Assembly: GCA_963811165.1 (NCBI GenBank)
Contig: CAWEQH010000008.1
Span: 416,001-480,000 of the forward strand
DNA: 64,000 nucleotides
Direction: 5' to 3'
From: an uncultured Nitrospiraceae bacterium
GTDB lineage: Bacteria > Nitrospirota > Thermodesulfovibrionia > Thermodesulfovibrionales > UBA6898
Positions 10,413 through 19,142 of the stretch are shown piece by piece. Within the stretch, counting starts at the first letter, position 1. Each line of letters begins with the position of its first letter. The notes beneath the pieces are model-generated. The model was not told where the DNA came from, made no database searches, and saw only the letters and a program-made list of their open reading frames with translations. A program made the translations under genes and the position numbers.

Positions 10413-10667
10413 ATGGAAATCGTCCTTTATACGGCTCCAAACTGAAGCGATTGCCATGCACTGAAAGATTTTCTTTCGGCCAAGGGGGTTACGTTCACCC
10501 ATAAGGATGTCGGTACGGACAAATCCGCCCGGCAAGAGCTTATCGAAAGGCACGGCAGGATGGCTACCCCGACGCTCGTGATAGGCGACCGGGTTTTTTT
10601 GGGGTTCAAACAAAACAGGGAAGAGATTGAAAAGATGGTCGAAAGGATCGTCAAAGGAGAACAATGA
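10413..10667 (+). CDS. Glutaredoxin/NrdH-like selenoprotein (UxxC), 84 aa, with in-frame UGA read as Sec
   Basis: [87 protein letters not shown] 10443-45 sits at the first Cys position of the CxxC motif. The cis-Pro motif TPTL is present. The stop overlaps the copA ATG (ATGA). tRNA-Sec is in the same window. Confidence 0.88.
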
Positions 10668-13126
10668 GCGAAAAGCCGGAATCAATGAGCAGGATAGACC
10701 TTCCGGTCACCGGGATGTCCTGCGCGTCCTGTGCGGCCAATATTGAGAAGGGCCTTTCGGCACTCGATGGTGTGGAAAGCGCATCGGTCAATTTTGCCGC
10801 TGAAAAGGCGACGGTCCTCTATGATACGACAAAGGTGACGGTGGACAGCTTCGTCAAGGCGGTAAAGGACCTGGGTTACGGGGTCTCGGTCTCAAAGATC
10901 GCCCTGCCGATCAAAGGCATGTCCTGCGCGTCTTGTGTGGAGACGGTGCAAAGGACGTTGGGTTCTCTTAATGGAGTGATTTCGGCCTCGGTAAATTTCG
11001 CGACTGAGAAGGCGACGGTAGAGTATTTCCCCTCACAGGTCGGGGTGAGGGATTTCAAAAAGGCGATCAGGGACGCGGGGTACGACCTCGTTGAGCCGGA
11101 AAAAGGCGAGGACGTCGTTGAAACGGAGCAGAGGGAGAGGGAGGCTTCATACCGGGCCTTACGGACAAAGGTGATCACCGGCGCACTGCTTACGGTCCCC
11201 CTGTTGATCCTTATGCAATGGGACCATATCGGACTTTCACGGCTGCTCCCCTTATCTGAGCGGGCGAACTTTCTTCTTCAATTCATCATCGAAACCCCTA
11301 TACAGTTTTGGATAGGGTGGCAGTTTTATACGGGTGCTTTTTCGGCTGCGCGCCACAGGACGACGAATATGAATACGCTTATCGCGGTCGGCACCTCCTC
11401 TGCCTATATCTACAGCGTTATCGCAACTTTTTTCCCTTCGGTCTTTCAGATAAAGGGCTATTCGGCCGGCGTCTATTACGATACCGCAGCGACGATAGTC
11501 GTCCTGATCCTTTTGGGCAGGCTCTTTGAGGCACGGGCCAAGGGACAGACCTCCGAGGCGATCAAGAAGCTGATAGGCCTCCAGCCGAAAACCGCGAGGG
11601 TACTGAGGGAAGGAAAGGAAGTCGATATCCCGATCGAAGAGGTCGAAATCGGAGACATAGTGGTCGTCAGACCCGGCGAAAAGGTACCGGTTGACGGGGT
11701 GATCGAGGAAGGATACTCTTCCTTGGATGAGTCTATGGTTACAGGGGAGTCGATGCCGGTCGAAAAGAGCGCGGGAGACAGTGTCATCGGGGCGACGATA
11801 AATAAGACCGGGACCTTCAAGTTCGAGGCGACAAAGGTGGGGCGTGACACGATGCTGGCCCATATCATCGAGATGGTCCAGACCGCCCAGGGATCGAAAC
11901 CGCCGATCGCGCGGCTTGCTGATCTGATCGCCTCGTACTTTGTCCCCGCAGTGATGGGCATCGCCGCGCTCACCTTTGCCGTATGGTACTTCTTCGGTCC
12001 GGAGCCCTCTTTTACCTATGCGATGCTCAATTTTATCGCGGTCCTTATTATCGCCTGCCCCTGTGCGCTCGGGCTTGCGACCCCGACTTCCATAATGGTG
12101 GGGACAGGGAAGGGCGCGGAAAACGGGGTCCTGATCAGAAGCGGCGAGGCACTCGAGACGGCTCATAAGATCACTACCGTTGTATTCGACAAGACAGGCA
12201 CTCTGACAAAGGGCGAGCCTGAAGTCACCGATATCGTCGAGGGCGGACTCCGGAAGGCTGAGATCCTCTTTTATGCCGCATCGGCAGAAAAAGGGTCTGA
12301 GCATCCGCTTGGGGAGGCGATCATTAACAGGGCGAAGGCGGATAATATCGAGATGAGGGGACCCGAGGAGTTCCAGGCGGTGCCGGGTCACGGGATCAGG
12401 GCCAAAGTGGACGGTAAGACGGTCCATCTCGGAAATGATAAGTTCATGGTGGAGGAAAATATCGATATCACGGGCCTCAGACAAAAGGCGGCCGGTCTTT
12501 CAGAGGAGGGCAAGACGCCGATGTACGTCGGGGTGGACCGAAAGGCAGCCGGCATCGTTGCTGTTGCGGACTCTCTGAAAGAAGATTCACCCGAGGCGGT
12601 GAAGGCGCTTCATGCCATCGGTGTGGAGGTGGTAATGATGACCGGAGATAACAGACGGACAGGCGAGGCGATCGCGCGGCGGGTCGGCATCGATAGGGTT
12701 CTTGCGGAGGTACTTCCCGAGGGCAAGGCGGAGGAGATCAGGAAACTGCAGTCCGGGTCGAAAGTAGTCGCCATGGTAGGGGACGGCATAAACGACGCCC
12801 CTGCTTTGGCGCAGGCGGATGTGGGCATTGCGATAGGTACGGGGACTGACGTTGCCATGGAGGCCGCAGATATCACCCTGATCGGCGGCAGGCTGAAGGG
12901 GGTGGTTACGGCGATAGCCCTTTCGAAGGCAACGCTTAGGAACATAAAGCAGAACCTTTTCTGGGCATTTGCATATAATGTGGTGCTTATCCCTGTTGCA
13001 GCGGGGGCGCTCTTTCCGTTTTTAGGGATACTGTTAAATCCGATGATTGCCGCCGGAGCGATGGGGTTTTCTTCTGTCACGGTGGTCACAAACGCCCTGA
13101 GGCTCAAAAGGTTCAGGGCCGCATAA
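10664..13126 (+). CDS. copA: Cu(I)-translocating P1B-type ATPase
   Basis: Two GMSCASC metal-binding domains, [27 protein letters not shown] and MxxSS motifs. Confidence 0.95.
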   Translation: MSEKPESMSRIDLPVTGMSCASCAANIEKGLSALDGVESASVNFAAEKATVLYDTTKVTVDSFVKAVKDLGYGVSVSKIALPIKGMSCASCVETVQRTLGSLNGVISASVNFATEKATVEYFPSQVGVRDFKKAIRDAGYDLVEPEKGEDVVETEQREREASYRALRTKVITGALLTVPLLILMQWDHIGLSRLLPLSERANFLLQFIIETPIQFWIGWQFYTGAFSAARHRTTNMNTLIAVGTSSAYIYSVIATFFPSVFQIKGYSAGVYYDTAATIVVLILLGRLFEARAKGQTSEAIKKLIGLQPKTARVLREGKEVDIPIEEVEIGDIVVVRPGEKVPVDGVIEEGYSSLDESMVTGESMPVEKSAGDSVIGATINKTGTFKFEATKVGRDTMLAHIIEMVQTAQGSKPPIARLADLIASYFVPAVMGIAALTFAVWYFFGPEPSFTYAMLNFIAVLIIACPCALGLATPTSIMVGTGKGAENGVLIRSGEALETAHKITTVVFDKTGTLTKGEPEVTDIVEGGLRKAEILFYAASAEKGSEHPLGEAIINRAKADNIEMRGPEEFQAVPGHGIRAKVDGKTVHLGNDKFMVEENIDITGLRQKAAGLSEEGKTPMYVGVDRKAAGIVAVADSLKEDSPEAVKALHAIGVEVVMMTGDNRRTGEAIARRVGIDRVLAEVLPEGKAEEIRKLQSGSKVVAMVGDGINDAPALAQADVGIAIGTGTDVAMEAADITLIGGRLKGVVTAIALSKATLRNIKQNLFWAFAYNVVLIPVAAGALFPFLGILLNPMIAAGAMGFSSVTVVTNALRLKRFRAA

Positions 13127-13198
13127 GAGCATCAGGATTCATCGAGTGGAGTGTAAAGAAATCCCTTCCCCTCGTACTCAAACGGACTGGCGGTGACT

Positions 13199-14395
13199 TT
13201 ATTTTTTCTTCCCGGTCTTCCCTGCTGCCTCCCTTTTTGCTTCGTCTATGACCTTAAGCAGCGGGACACCACTTTTCTTCGCTACCGTCTTACAGTCTTC
13301 GTACTCAGGATAACTTTTCTCTATCTCCCCCAGTGAAGAGGTTTTTATTCTGACCCTCCCGTGTGCCGTACCGACATGCCGCCAGGACCTCTCCATCGTG
13401 ACCCTTGAGGCCTCGTAATATCTGACGCCTATGCTTGTGGTTTCCCGCAGTATAAGCCGTATCAGATCGTTTCGGATAGCCTCGTTACAAAGCACGCTTA
13501 ATTTTATACCGGGTCTCATCTTTTTCATCAATGTGTGGGTCATAAAGATATCCAGTGCGCCCTCTTCAAAAAGCCTTTCAAAGAGATATTCATATGCCTG
13601 GGGGTTCATGTCGTCGATATTTGTCTCTATCACGGTGACGGCCTCCCCGGCCTTCTTCCCCTGCAGGTCTCCGATGAATATCCTCAGGATGTTCGGACCC
13701 TGCGTGAAATCGCCTGTTCCCGCCCCCGAGCCTATCTTTTGCGGAGCAATGAAAGGGATGTCGCCGAAGGCGCTTGCCAACCGCTTGAGTATGGCCGCCC
13801 CTGTCGGCGTAGCGAGCTCGAAGCGGGGCCCCGACGAATAGACCGGCACATCCTTTAATATCTCCGCCGTGGCCGGGGCAGGCACCGGCATCTTCCCATG
13901 CGCCGTTTTTACAAAGCCGGTCCCAAGGTTGACGGGTGAGGCGCAGATATCTTTCACCCCAAGCAGGTCAAGCCCGATCAGCGTGCCGAAGATGTCGACT
14001 ACGCAATCGACTGCGCCGAGTTCGTGGAGATGGATTTTTTTAAAAGGCATGCCGTGCACCTTTGACTCGGCGGCAAAGAGAAGTCTGAAGATATCGAGTC
14101 CTTTTTCTCTTATATCGCCAGGCAAAGAAGAGGAACGAACGATCTTTTCGATGTCACCCCATCTTCTGCCGGCGCTATGCTCCGACGCCGCTTTGGAAGA
14201 CAGGACTACGTCCACCTTTGTCGCGGCAACCCCGGCGCGAAGCACCTTTCTTTCAGTAAGTCGGTAGCCCCGCAGAGGGAGACTTTTGAGTCTCTTCACT
14301 ATTTCTTCAAGCGACGCACCCGCATCTACAAGTGCGCCGAGGCACATATCCCCGCTTATTCCTGAAAAACAGTCGAAATATGCTATCTTCATCAT
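13199..14395 (-). CDS. larC: Nickel pincer cofactor biosynthesis protein LarC
   Basis: AYFDCFSGISGDMCLGALVD, HLHELGAVD, VPAPAT, ELATPTGAA, ETNIDD and ETTSIGVR motifs. Confidence 0.92.
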   Translation of the reverse strand: MMKIAYFDCFSGISGDMCLGALVDAGASLEEIVKRLKSLPLRGYRLTERKVLRAGVAATKVDVVLSSKAASEHSAGRRWGDIEKIVRSSSLPGDIREKGLDIFRLLFAAESKVHGMPFKKIHLHELGAVDCVVDIFGTLIGLDLLGVKDICASPVNLGTGFVKTAHGKMPVPAPATAEILKDVPVYSSGPRFELATPTGAAILKRLASAFGDIPFIAPQKIGSGAGTGDFTQGPNILRIFIGDLQGKKAGEAVTVIETNIDDMNPQAYEYLFERLFEEGALDIFMTHTLMKKMRPGIKLSVLCNEAIRNDLIRLILRETTSIGVRYYEASRVTMERSWRHVGTAHGRVRIKTSSLGEIEKSYPEYEDCKTVAKKSGVPLLKVIDEAKREAAGKTGKKK

Positions 14396-14447
14396 GAAAA
14401 AGTTTTAATCGTCTTTCCCATAAAATATATCATACCGAACATTATTA

Positions 14448-14595
14448 TTCCTCAAAATGCATACGGCTTGTCCATTTATCGTTCCTCAAAATGTACACAG
14501 CTTTCCTTAAAAAGGAGCCGGGGTTCCACGTATGAAGGACTTCCAAACGCAACAAATTGATTCTATAATATATTCGCAGTGGTATGCATTTTGAA
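14448..14595 (+). promoter_or_regulatory. Tandem direct repeats (possible activator sites) and a sigma54-like -24/-12 element upstream of the DUF6600 gene
   Basis: TTCCTCAAAATG(C/T)A(T/C)AC(G/A)GCTT at 14448-69 and 14482-503. TGGTATGCATTTTGAA at 14580-95 is GG-N10-GA, a non-canonical -12. Confidence 0.4.
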
Positions 14596-14627
14596 TCTCC
14601 GTTAAAAACTTCAGCAAAAAGGAGAAT

Positions 14628-16853
14628 ATGATGAGGACTGTAAAGGCGGTATTTGCGGCTGTGTTTTTCCTGTTATTGCCGGCGTATTCCCAGGCGCAGG
14701 GCTTGGGAGATATGCGCGTAAGCTATATCGAAGGCGATGTCCAGATCAAGACACCGGATGCCGATGACTGGGGCGCTTTATCGATAAATGGGCCGCTGAT
14801 GGAAGGCGACCAGGTCTGGGTCCCTGAGGGCGGCAGGGCCGAACTGCAGCTTAATACCGGGACGTATATAAGGCTCGACCAAAATTCAGCCCTCCAGGTA
14901 CTTTCACTGGATAAGGACTCTACCCAGTTTAATGTCTCTCAGGGACATGCGTATATTTATTTTAGCGCTCCCAGGGGGAGAGTCATTCAGGTCGACACCC
15001 CTGATGTGTCGGCCCGCGCATTCGACAAGGCGGTCTTCAGGGTTGATATGTCCGACCAATACCAGTATACGGATGTTTCTGTATATAGAGGATATGTCGA
15101 AGCTGAAAACCAGGCCGGCAAGACAAGGATTGATGCCGACCAGACGGTGTCGCTTGGGCAGGACACAAACGGCGAGATTGCACCGATGGGCCCCCCTGAT
15201 GAGTGGGAGACGTGGAATAAGTCTCGAAACGGCCTCATACGCGCTGCCAAGGGTGCGAGCTCGCGTTATCTTCCCCCGGAACTCAGCGCTTACTCCAATG
15301 ACTTCGACACAGGCGGCAGGTGGGTCGATGTCCCGGAATACGGACATGTCTGGACGCCGACAATATCCGTAGGTGTGAATTGGGCCCCTTACAGAGACGG
15401 CAGGTGGATATGGAGAGATGGTGAATATGTCTGGGTGTCTTCCGATTCGTGGGGCTGGGCTCCTTATCACTACGGCAGGTGGGCCTTTGTGGCCAGTGTG
15501 GGGTGGTTGTGGGTTCCGCCTGTCAGGGGTGATGTATACTGGGGCCCGGGGTATGTCGGCTGGGTCAACACCGGGGATTATGTGGCATGGGTCCCTCTTG
15601 CCCCCGGAGAACTTTACTACGGCCGGGGCTATTACGGCCGGCATAGCGTCAATATCACTAACGTAAATATAAAACAGGTCAACATCACCAATGTATATAA
15701 GAACGTGAATATCAATAACGGGGTGACGGTGGTCAACCGTAATAGCTTTGCCACCGCCTCACCAAAGATAGTCAATCTCAACAGGACCGTCATACAGCAG
15801 CAGATTTTTGTAAAGAAAAATATCAACGTCGGCGCGCCTGCGATAAAACCTACTAGGGAGAGTTATTTTGCATCGACAAAAAAGATCCCGGCAGCCAAGC
15901 TTCCCCCCCAGTCCGTCAGAAACGTACAGGTGAAGCAACTGAAACAGTCACGTCCGTTTGTTAAGGATTCCGGGAAATCTGTCTTTAACCCAGGTGCTAA
16001 ACCTAAGTCCCTGCCATTGAGCAAAGTCACCACACCGAGAACGCCCGGTAAAGTGATTCCGCAGGTCAAGACCGTGCCGGGATTTCGGGGGAAGGCCGGA
16101 GTGTCCGGCGGTCTTGTACCGAGATCGGGAACCCAGGTTAAACCGCTTGAAAGAAAAGCGGTGACGCCGGAGACGGGCCCTGCGCCCAAGGTGGAGAAGC
16201 ATGAGGTCAAACCGTTTGAAAGGAAGGCGGTAACACCTCCATCGACCCCTGCGCCTAAGGTAGAGAAGCGTGAGGTTAGACCGTTTGAGAGAAAAGCGGT
16301 AACGCCGGAGGCGGGCCCTGCGCCTAAGGTGGAGAAGCGTGAGGTCAAACCGTTTGAGAGGAAGGCGGTAACACCTCCACCGACCCCTGCGCCTAAGGTA
16401 GAGAAGCGTGAGGTTAAACCGTTTGAGAGAAAAGCGGTAACTCCGGAAGCGGGCCCTGCTCCGAAAGTGGAGAAGCGTGAGGTCAAACCGTTTGAGAGGA
16501 AGGCGGCGACGCCCGAAACGCGCCCTGCGCCTATGGAAAATAAGGGCCAGATCAAGTCGTTTGAAAGGAAGGCGGTAACACCTCCACCGACCCCTGCGCC
16601 TAGGGTAGAGAAGCGTGAGGTCAAACCGTTTGAGAGGAAAGCGGTAACGCCGGAAGCGGGCCCTGCGCCTAAGGTGGAGAAGCGTGAGATTAAGCCGGTA
16701 GAGAGGAAGGCGGTAACACCTCCACCGGCCCCTGCCCCTAAAAACGTTATGCCCAGGGTGCAACCGGCTGAGAAGGTGAAACCGAAACCTGAGGATAACC
16801 CTCGCAAGGGAGTTCCGGAAGAGAAAGGGAAAAAACCTGAAGAGGTCCGCTAA
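14628..16853 (+). CDS. Secreted FecR-like/DUF6600 domain protein with a long Pro/Lys/Glu-rich repeat tail
   Basis: Signal peptide, FecR-like N-terminus, W/G/P/Y-rich WAPYRDGRW...WGWAPYHYGRW segment, 23-aa repeats. Confidence 0.8.
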   Translation: MMRTVKAVFAAVFFLLLPAYSQAQGLGDMRVSYIEGDVQIKTPDADDWGALSINGPLMEGDQVWVPEGGRAELQLNTGTYIRLDQNSALQVLSLDKDSTQFNVSQGHAYIYFSAPRGRVIQVDTPDVSARAFDKAVFRVDMSDQYQYTDVSVYRGYVEAENQAGKTRIDADQTVSLGQDTNGEIAPMGPPDEWETWNKSRNGLIRAAKGASSRYLPPELSAYSNDFDTGGRWVDVPEYGHVWTPTISVGVNWAPYRDGRWIWRDGEYVWVSSDSWGWAPYHYGRWAFVASVGWLWVPPVRGDVYWGPGYVGWVNTGDYVAWVPLAPGELYYGRGYYGRHSVNITNVNIKQVNITNVYKNVNINNGVTVVNRNSFATASPKIVNLNRTVIQQQIFVKKNINVGAPAIKPTRESYFASTKKIPAAKLPPQSVRNVQVKQLKQSRPFVKDSGKSVFNPGAKPKSLPLSKVTTPRTPGKVIPQVKTVPGFRGKAGVSGGLVPRSGTQVKPLERKAVTPETGPAPKVEKHEVKPFERKAVTPPSTPAPKVEKREVRPFERKAVTPEAGPAPKVEKREVKPFERKAVTPPPTPAPKVEKREVKPFERKAVTPEAGPAPKVEKREVKPFERKAATPETRPAPMENKGQIKSFERKAVTPPPTPAPRVEKREVKPFERKAVTPEAGPAPKVEKREIKPVERKAVTPPPAPAPKNVMPRVQPAEKVKPKPEDNPRKGVPEEKGKKPEEVR
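16137..16757 (+). repeat. Nine 69-nt (23-aa) coding tandem repeats, VKPFERKAVTP(EAG/PPT)PAPKVEKRE
   Basis: Read directly from the translation and the DNA. Confidence 0.9.
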
Positions 16854-16944
16854 AAAGGAGAAATCGGGCCTGCACAGAGGCGATACATTTAGAGGGGAAG
16901 AGGATGTCATCTCTTCCCCGTCCCATTAATGAAAAGGGGAACCG

Positions 16945-17661
16945 ATGGACATTACGGCAGAGGCCATGGGTAAGAGGTCTTTAGAAAAGCTCATAGGGAA
17001 AAAAAAGGGCGGCGCTGCCTTTCTCGAACACGAGGTCAAAGGGCTTCTGAAGGACCTTGGACTGCAGGTACCCCGGGGGATATACCTTGGCGCAGATGAG
17101 ATCGCCGCAGGACCTCACCCCGACTTATCATCTCTTGGCACACTGACGTATCCGCTTATCGCAAAGGTCTCTTCCTCAAAAATAACATCAAAGAGCGATG
17201 TCCATGGAGTGAGGGCTGCGATAAATAATGAGCCCGGACTGCGTCGGGCCCTGCAGGAACTGGCGCGGATCGAACAGGCAGAAGGCGTGCTTGTGGAGGA
17301 GATGGCGCCCGAGGGGGTGGAAGTCATCGTAGGAGGGATCGTCGATAAACAGTTCGGCCCTGTAGTGATGTTCGGACTCGGCGGAATATTCGTTGAGCTG
17401 TTTAAGGATGTTTCTTTCGGGCTTGCTCCTTTGTCCGGGGAGGAGGCGTTGAGGCTTGTCAGGGAAGTAAAGGGCTACAGGCTTCTGGAGGGCTTCAGGG
17501 GAAGACCGCCCGCTGATATCGATGCGTTGTCGACCGTCATCGTTACGGTTTCGGAATTGATGGCAACCGGTCTGCTCGAAGAGATGGACCTCAATCCCGT
17601 AGCAGTCTACTCAAAGGGAGCTATGGTGCTCGATGCAAAGATGTCGGCGCGCCGACAGTGA
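16945..17661 (+). CDS. Acetate/acyl-CoA ligase (ADP-forming) beta-type ATP-grasp subunit
   Basis: KSDVHGV, VLVEEM, FGPVVMFGLGGIFVELFKDVSF and EMDLNPV motifs. Confidence 0.88.
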   Translation: MDITAEAMGKRSLEKLIGKKKGGAAFLEHEVKGLLKDLGLQVPRGIYLGADEIAAGPHPDLSSLGTLTYPLIAKVSSSKITSKSDVHGVRAAINNEPGLRRALQELARIEQAEGVLVEEMAPEGVEVIVGGIVDKQFGPVVMFGLGGIFVELFKDVSFGLAPLSGEEALRLVREVKGYRLLEGFRGRPPADIDALSTVIVTVSELMATGLLEEMDLNPVAVYSKGAMVLDAKMSARRQ

Positions 17662-17860
17662 TATTTCCTTAGCCTATCTATATTGTTCACGGATGTCTTA
17701 GCAGGGTGAGACTGTCTTTTCGCTCATTCTCGCTTTGCTCCGAGGCTTTTGCCTCTTCATTTAAGAAAGACATACTGTAGGAATATCGGCAAAAGAAACC
17801 GCTCAAAGACAGTCCCACCCTACATGCCTGGATCAAGTGTAAAAAAAATTATAGCGGGAG

Positions 17861-18127
17861 CTAGTCTTGTTTTGTCGAACTTCTTTTATTTAATGCGTTA
17901 TTATCCTCTTTGCCCGGTCTCACACTTTGTTTGGGCCGCATAAGCCGCCGGACAAGAAAAACAATGCCGACAACAACCGCAATCCAGAATATTGACAGGA
18001 TTATGGTCATGCCTGTTCCCAGGCCGGGACGCTCGTCAATGATATGTGCAGAGACATAGTGGGGACCGATAAGAGTGACGACGACCCCAATCAGTGTCAA
18101 ACAGGTTTTTTCAAGGCGCTTCTTCAT
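17861..18127 (-). CDS. Small membrane protein (signal peptide plus one TM helix)
   Basis: SD AAGGAG directly after the upstream gene stop; two hydrophobic segments. Confidence 0.6.
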   Translation of the reverse strand: MKKRLEKTCLTLIGVVVTLIGPHYVSAHIIDERPGLGTGMTIILSIFWIAVVVGIVFLVRRLMRPKQSVRPGKEDNNALNKRSSTKQD

Positions 18128-18133
18128 TACTCC

Positions 18134-19141
18134 TTACCACCATCTCCACAGGGCGATCACGAAGACGATGAGGAACGTGAAGGCGAGGTTCATGTAGGCA
18201 AAGAAATAAAAAAGCCTCTCATGAAACGGCCGCAATTTTTTTACGGGGACTATCTGGAGGCTCCCTGCCACCGGCATCGCAAGCACCTTCTCCTGGCCGT
18301 GGGGTGCGGTTTTTAGAAGGTCGGTAAGGTCGTTCCCCGCGTTATGTTTTTTAAAATGCGACCCATCTCTCCAGAGCTTGCTGCCCGTAACGTCGTATAC
18401 GGTGCCGCGGTAAGCGATATATGCCGGCCTCCCTTCCCGCCCGTCGAATTGGGCCAGCTCATCGGGAGAATATTTCCCGTCGGCCTTTTTTGCGGCGTTC
18501 CTCTGCCGCCTCAGCCTCGGACCGATAAATACCGTCACGATGACTGCGCTTAAAAGCATGATCAGAAAGAGCGCTATCTTTATGCTTAGGAGGATGCCGA
18601 ATCTGGTCGTGTAAAAGGCCCTCCATGAAGGCATCCTGGCTATTGTGAGAAGGACGCCCGTGACAGAGATCAATACCATCGAGATCCAGCCAAGACGGAG
18701 CTCTCCCTTTGGGAGCCCTTTGGCGGCATACGCAGGTTTTAAGAGTAAGTGGACATAGAGGATCGTCCCAAACCACATGATCGCCGTCATGAGATGCACA
18801 TACCCCACTATCAGACGAATTCCCTTCTGGATTCCCGTCAGCGGTCTGTAGAGGCCTTCGATCTTAAGTTCGTCGCGAAATTTTTTCCCTTCCTCGGTCA
18901 GGGGACCGCCCCCGATTGTATCTACGTGGCAGCCGCTGCATGGACGGCCTGTCTGGCGGGCATATTCGGGGGTGGCGGAGGAAACCGAAGGCAAAAGAAG
19001 AAGGAGGATCACAAAGGCAGCATGCAGGCAAACATCCCCCATCAACTTTGCGCGGGGACGCATTCGAGCGGCTTCAGCGGGTACCGAAAGCTTTCGTGAT
19101 GCCGATGAGCGACAATGAGAGAGGATGCGGTTCCCTCGCAT
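18134..19141 (-). CDS. Fusion of a CxxCH monoheme domain, a CopD-like membrane domain and a cytochrome b5-like domain (alternative start ATG 19042)
   Basis: TPEYARQTGRPCSGCH; VHLMTAIMWFG...FGILLSIKIALF (CopD-like); ELAQFDGREGRPAYIAYRGTVYDVT...H.AGNDLT...APHG (b5-like). Confidence 0.75.
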   Translation of the reverse strand: MRGNRILSHCRSSASRKLSVPAEAARMRPRAKLMGDVCLHAAFVILLLLLPSVSSATPEYARQTGRPCSGCHVDTIGGGPLTEEGKKFRDELKIEGLYRPLTGIQKGIRLIVGYVHLMTAIMWFGTILYVHLLLKPAYAAKGLPKGELRLGWISMVLISVTGVLLTIARMPSWRAFYTTRFGILLSIKIALFLIMLLSAVIVTVFIGPRLRRQRNAAKKADGKYSPDELAQFDGREGRPAYIAYRGTVYDVTGSKLWRDGSHFKKHNAGNDLTDLLKTAPHGQEKVLAMPVAGSLQIVPVKKLRPFHERLFYFFAYMNLAFTFLIVFVIALWRWW

Positions 19142-19142
19142 A

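Noticed and set aside
10350..10685. Minus-strand ORFs of 111 and 75 aa
   Set aside because: They lie antisense to the UGA-containing glutaredoxin, which explains the region better.
15863..16910. Two ~315-aa minus-strand ORFs
   Set aside because: Antisense shadows of the 69-nt coding repeats.
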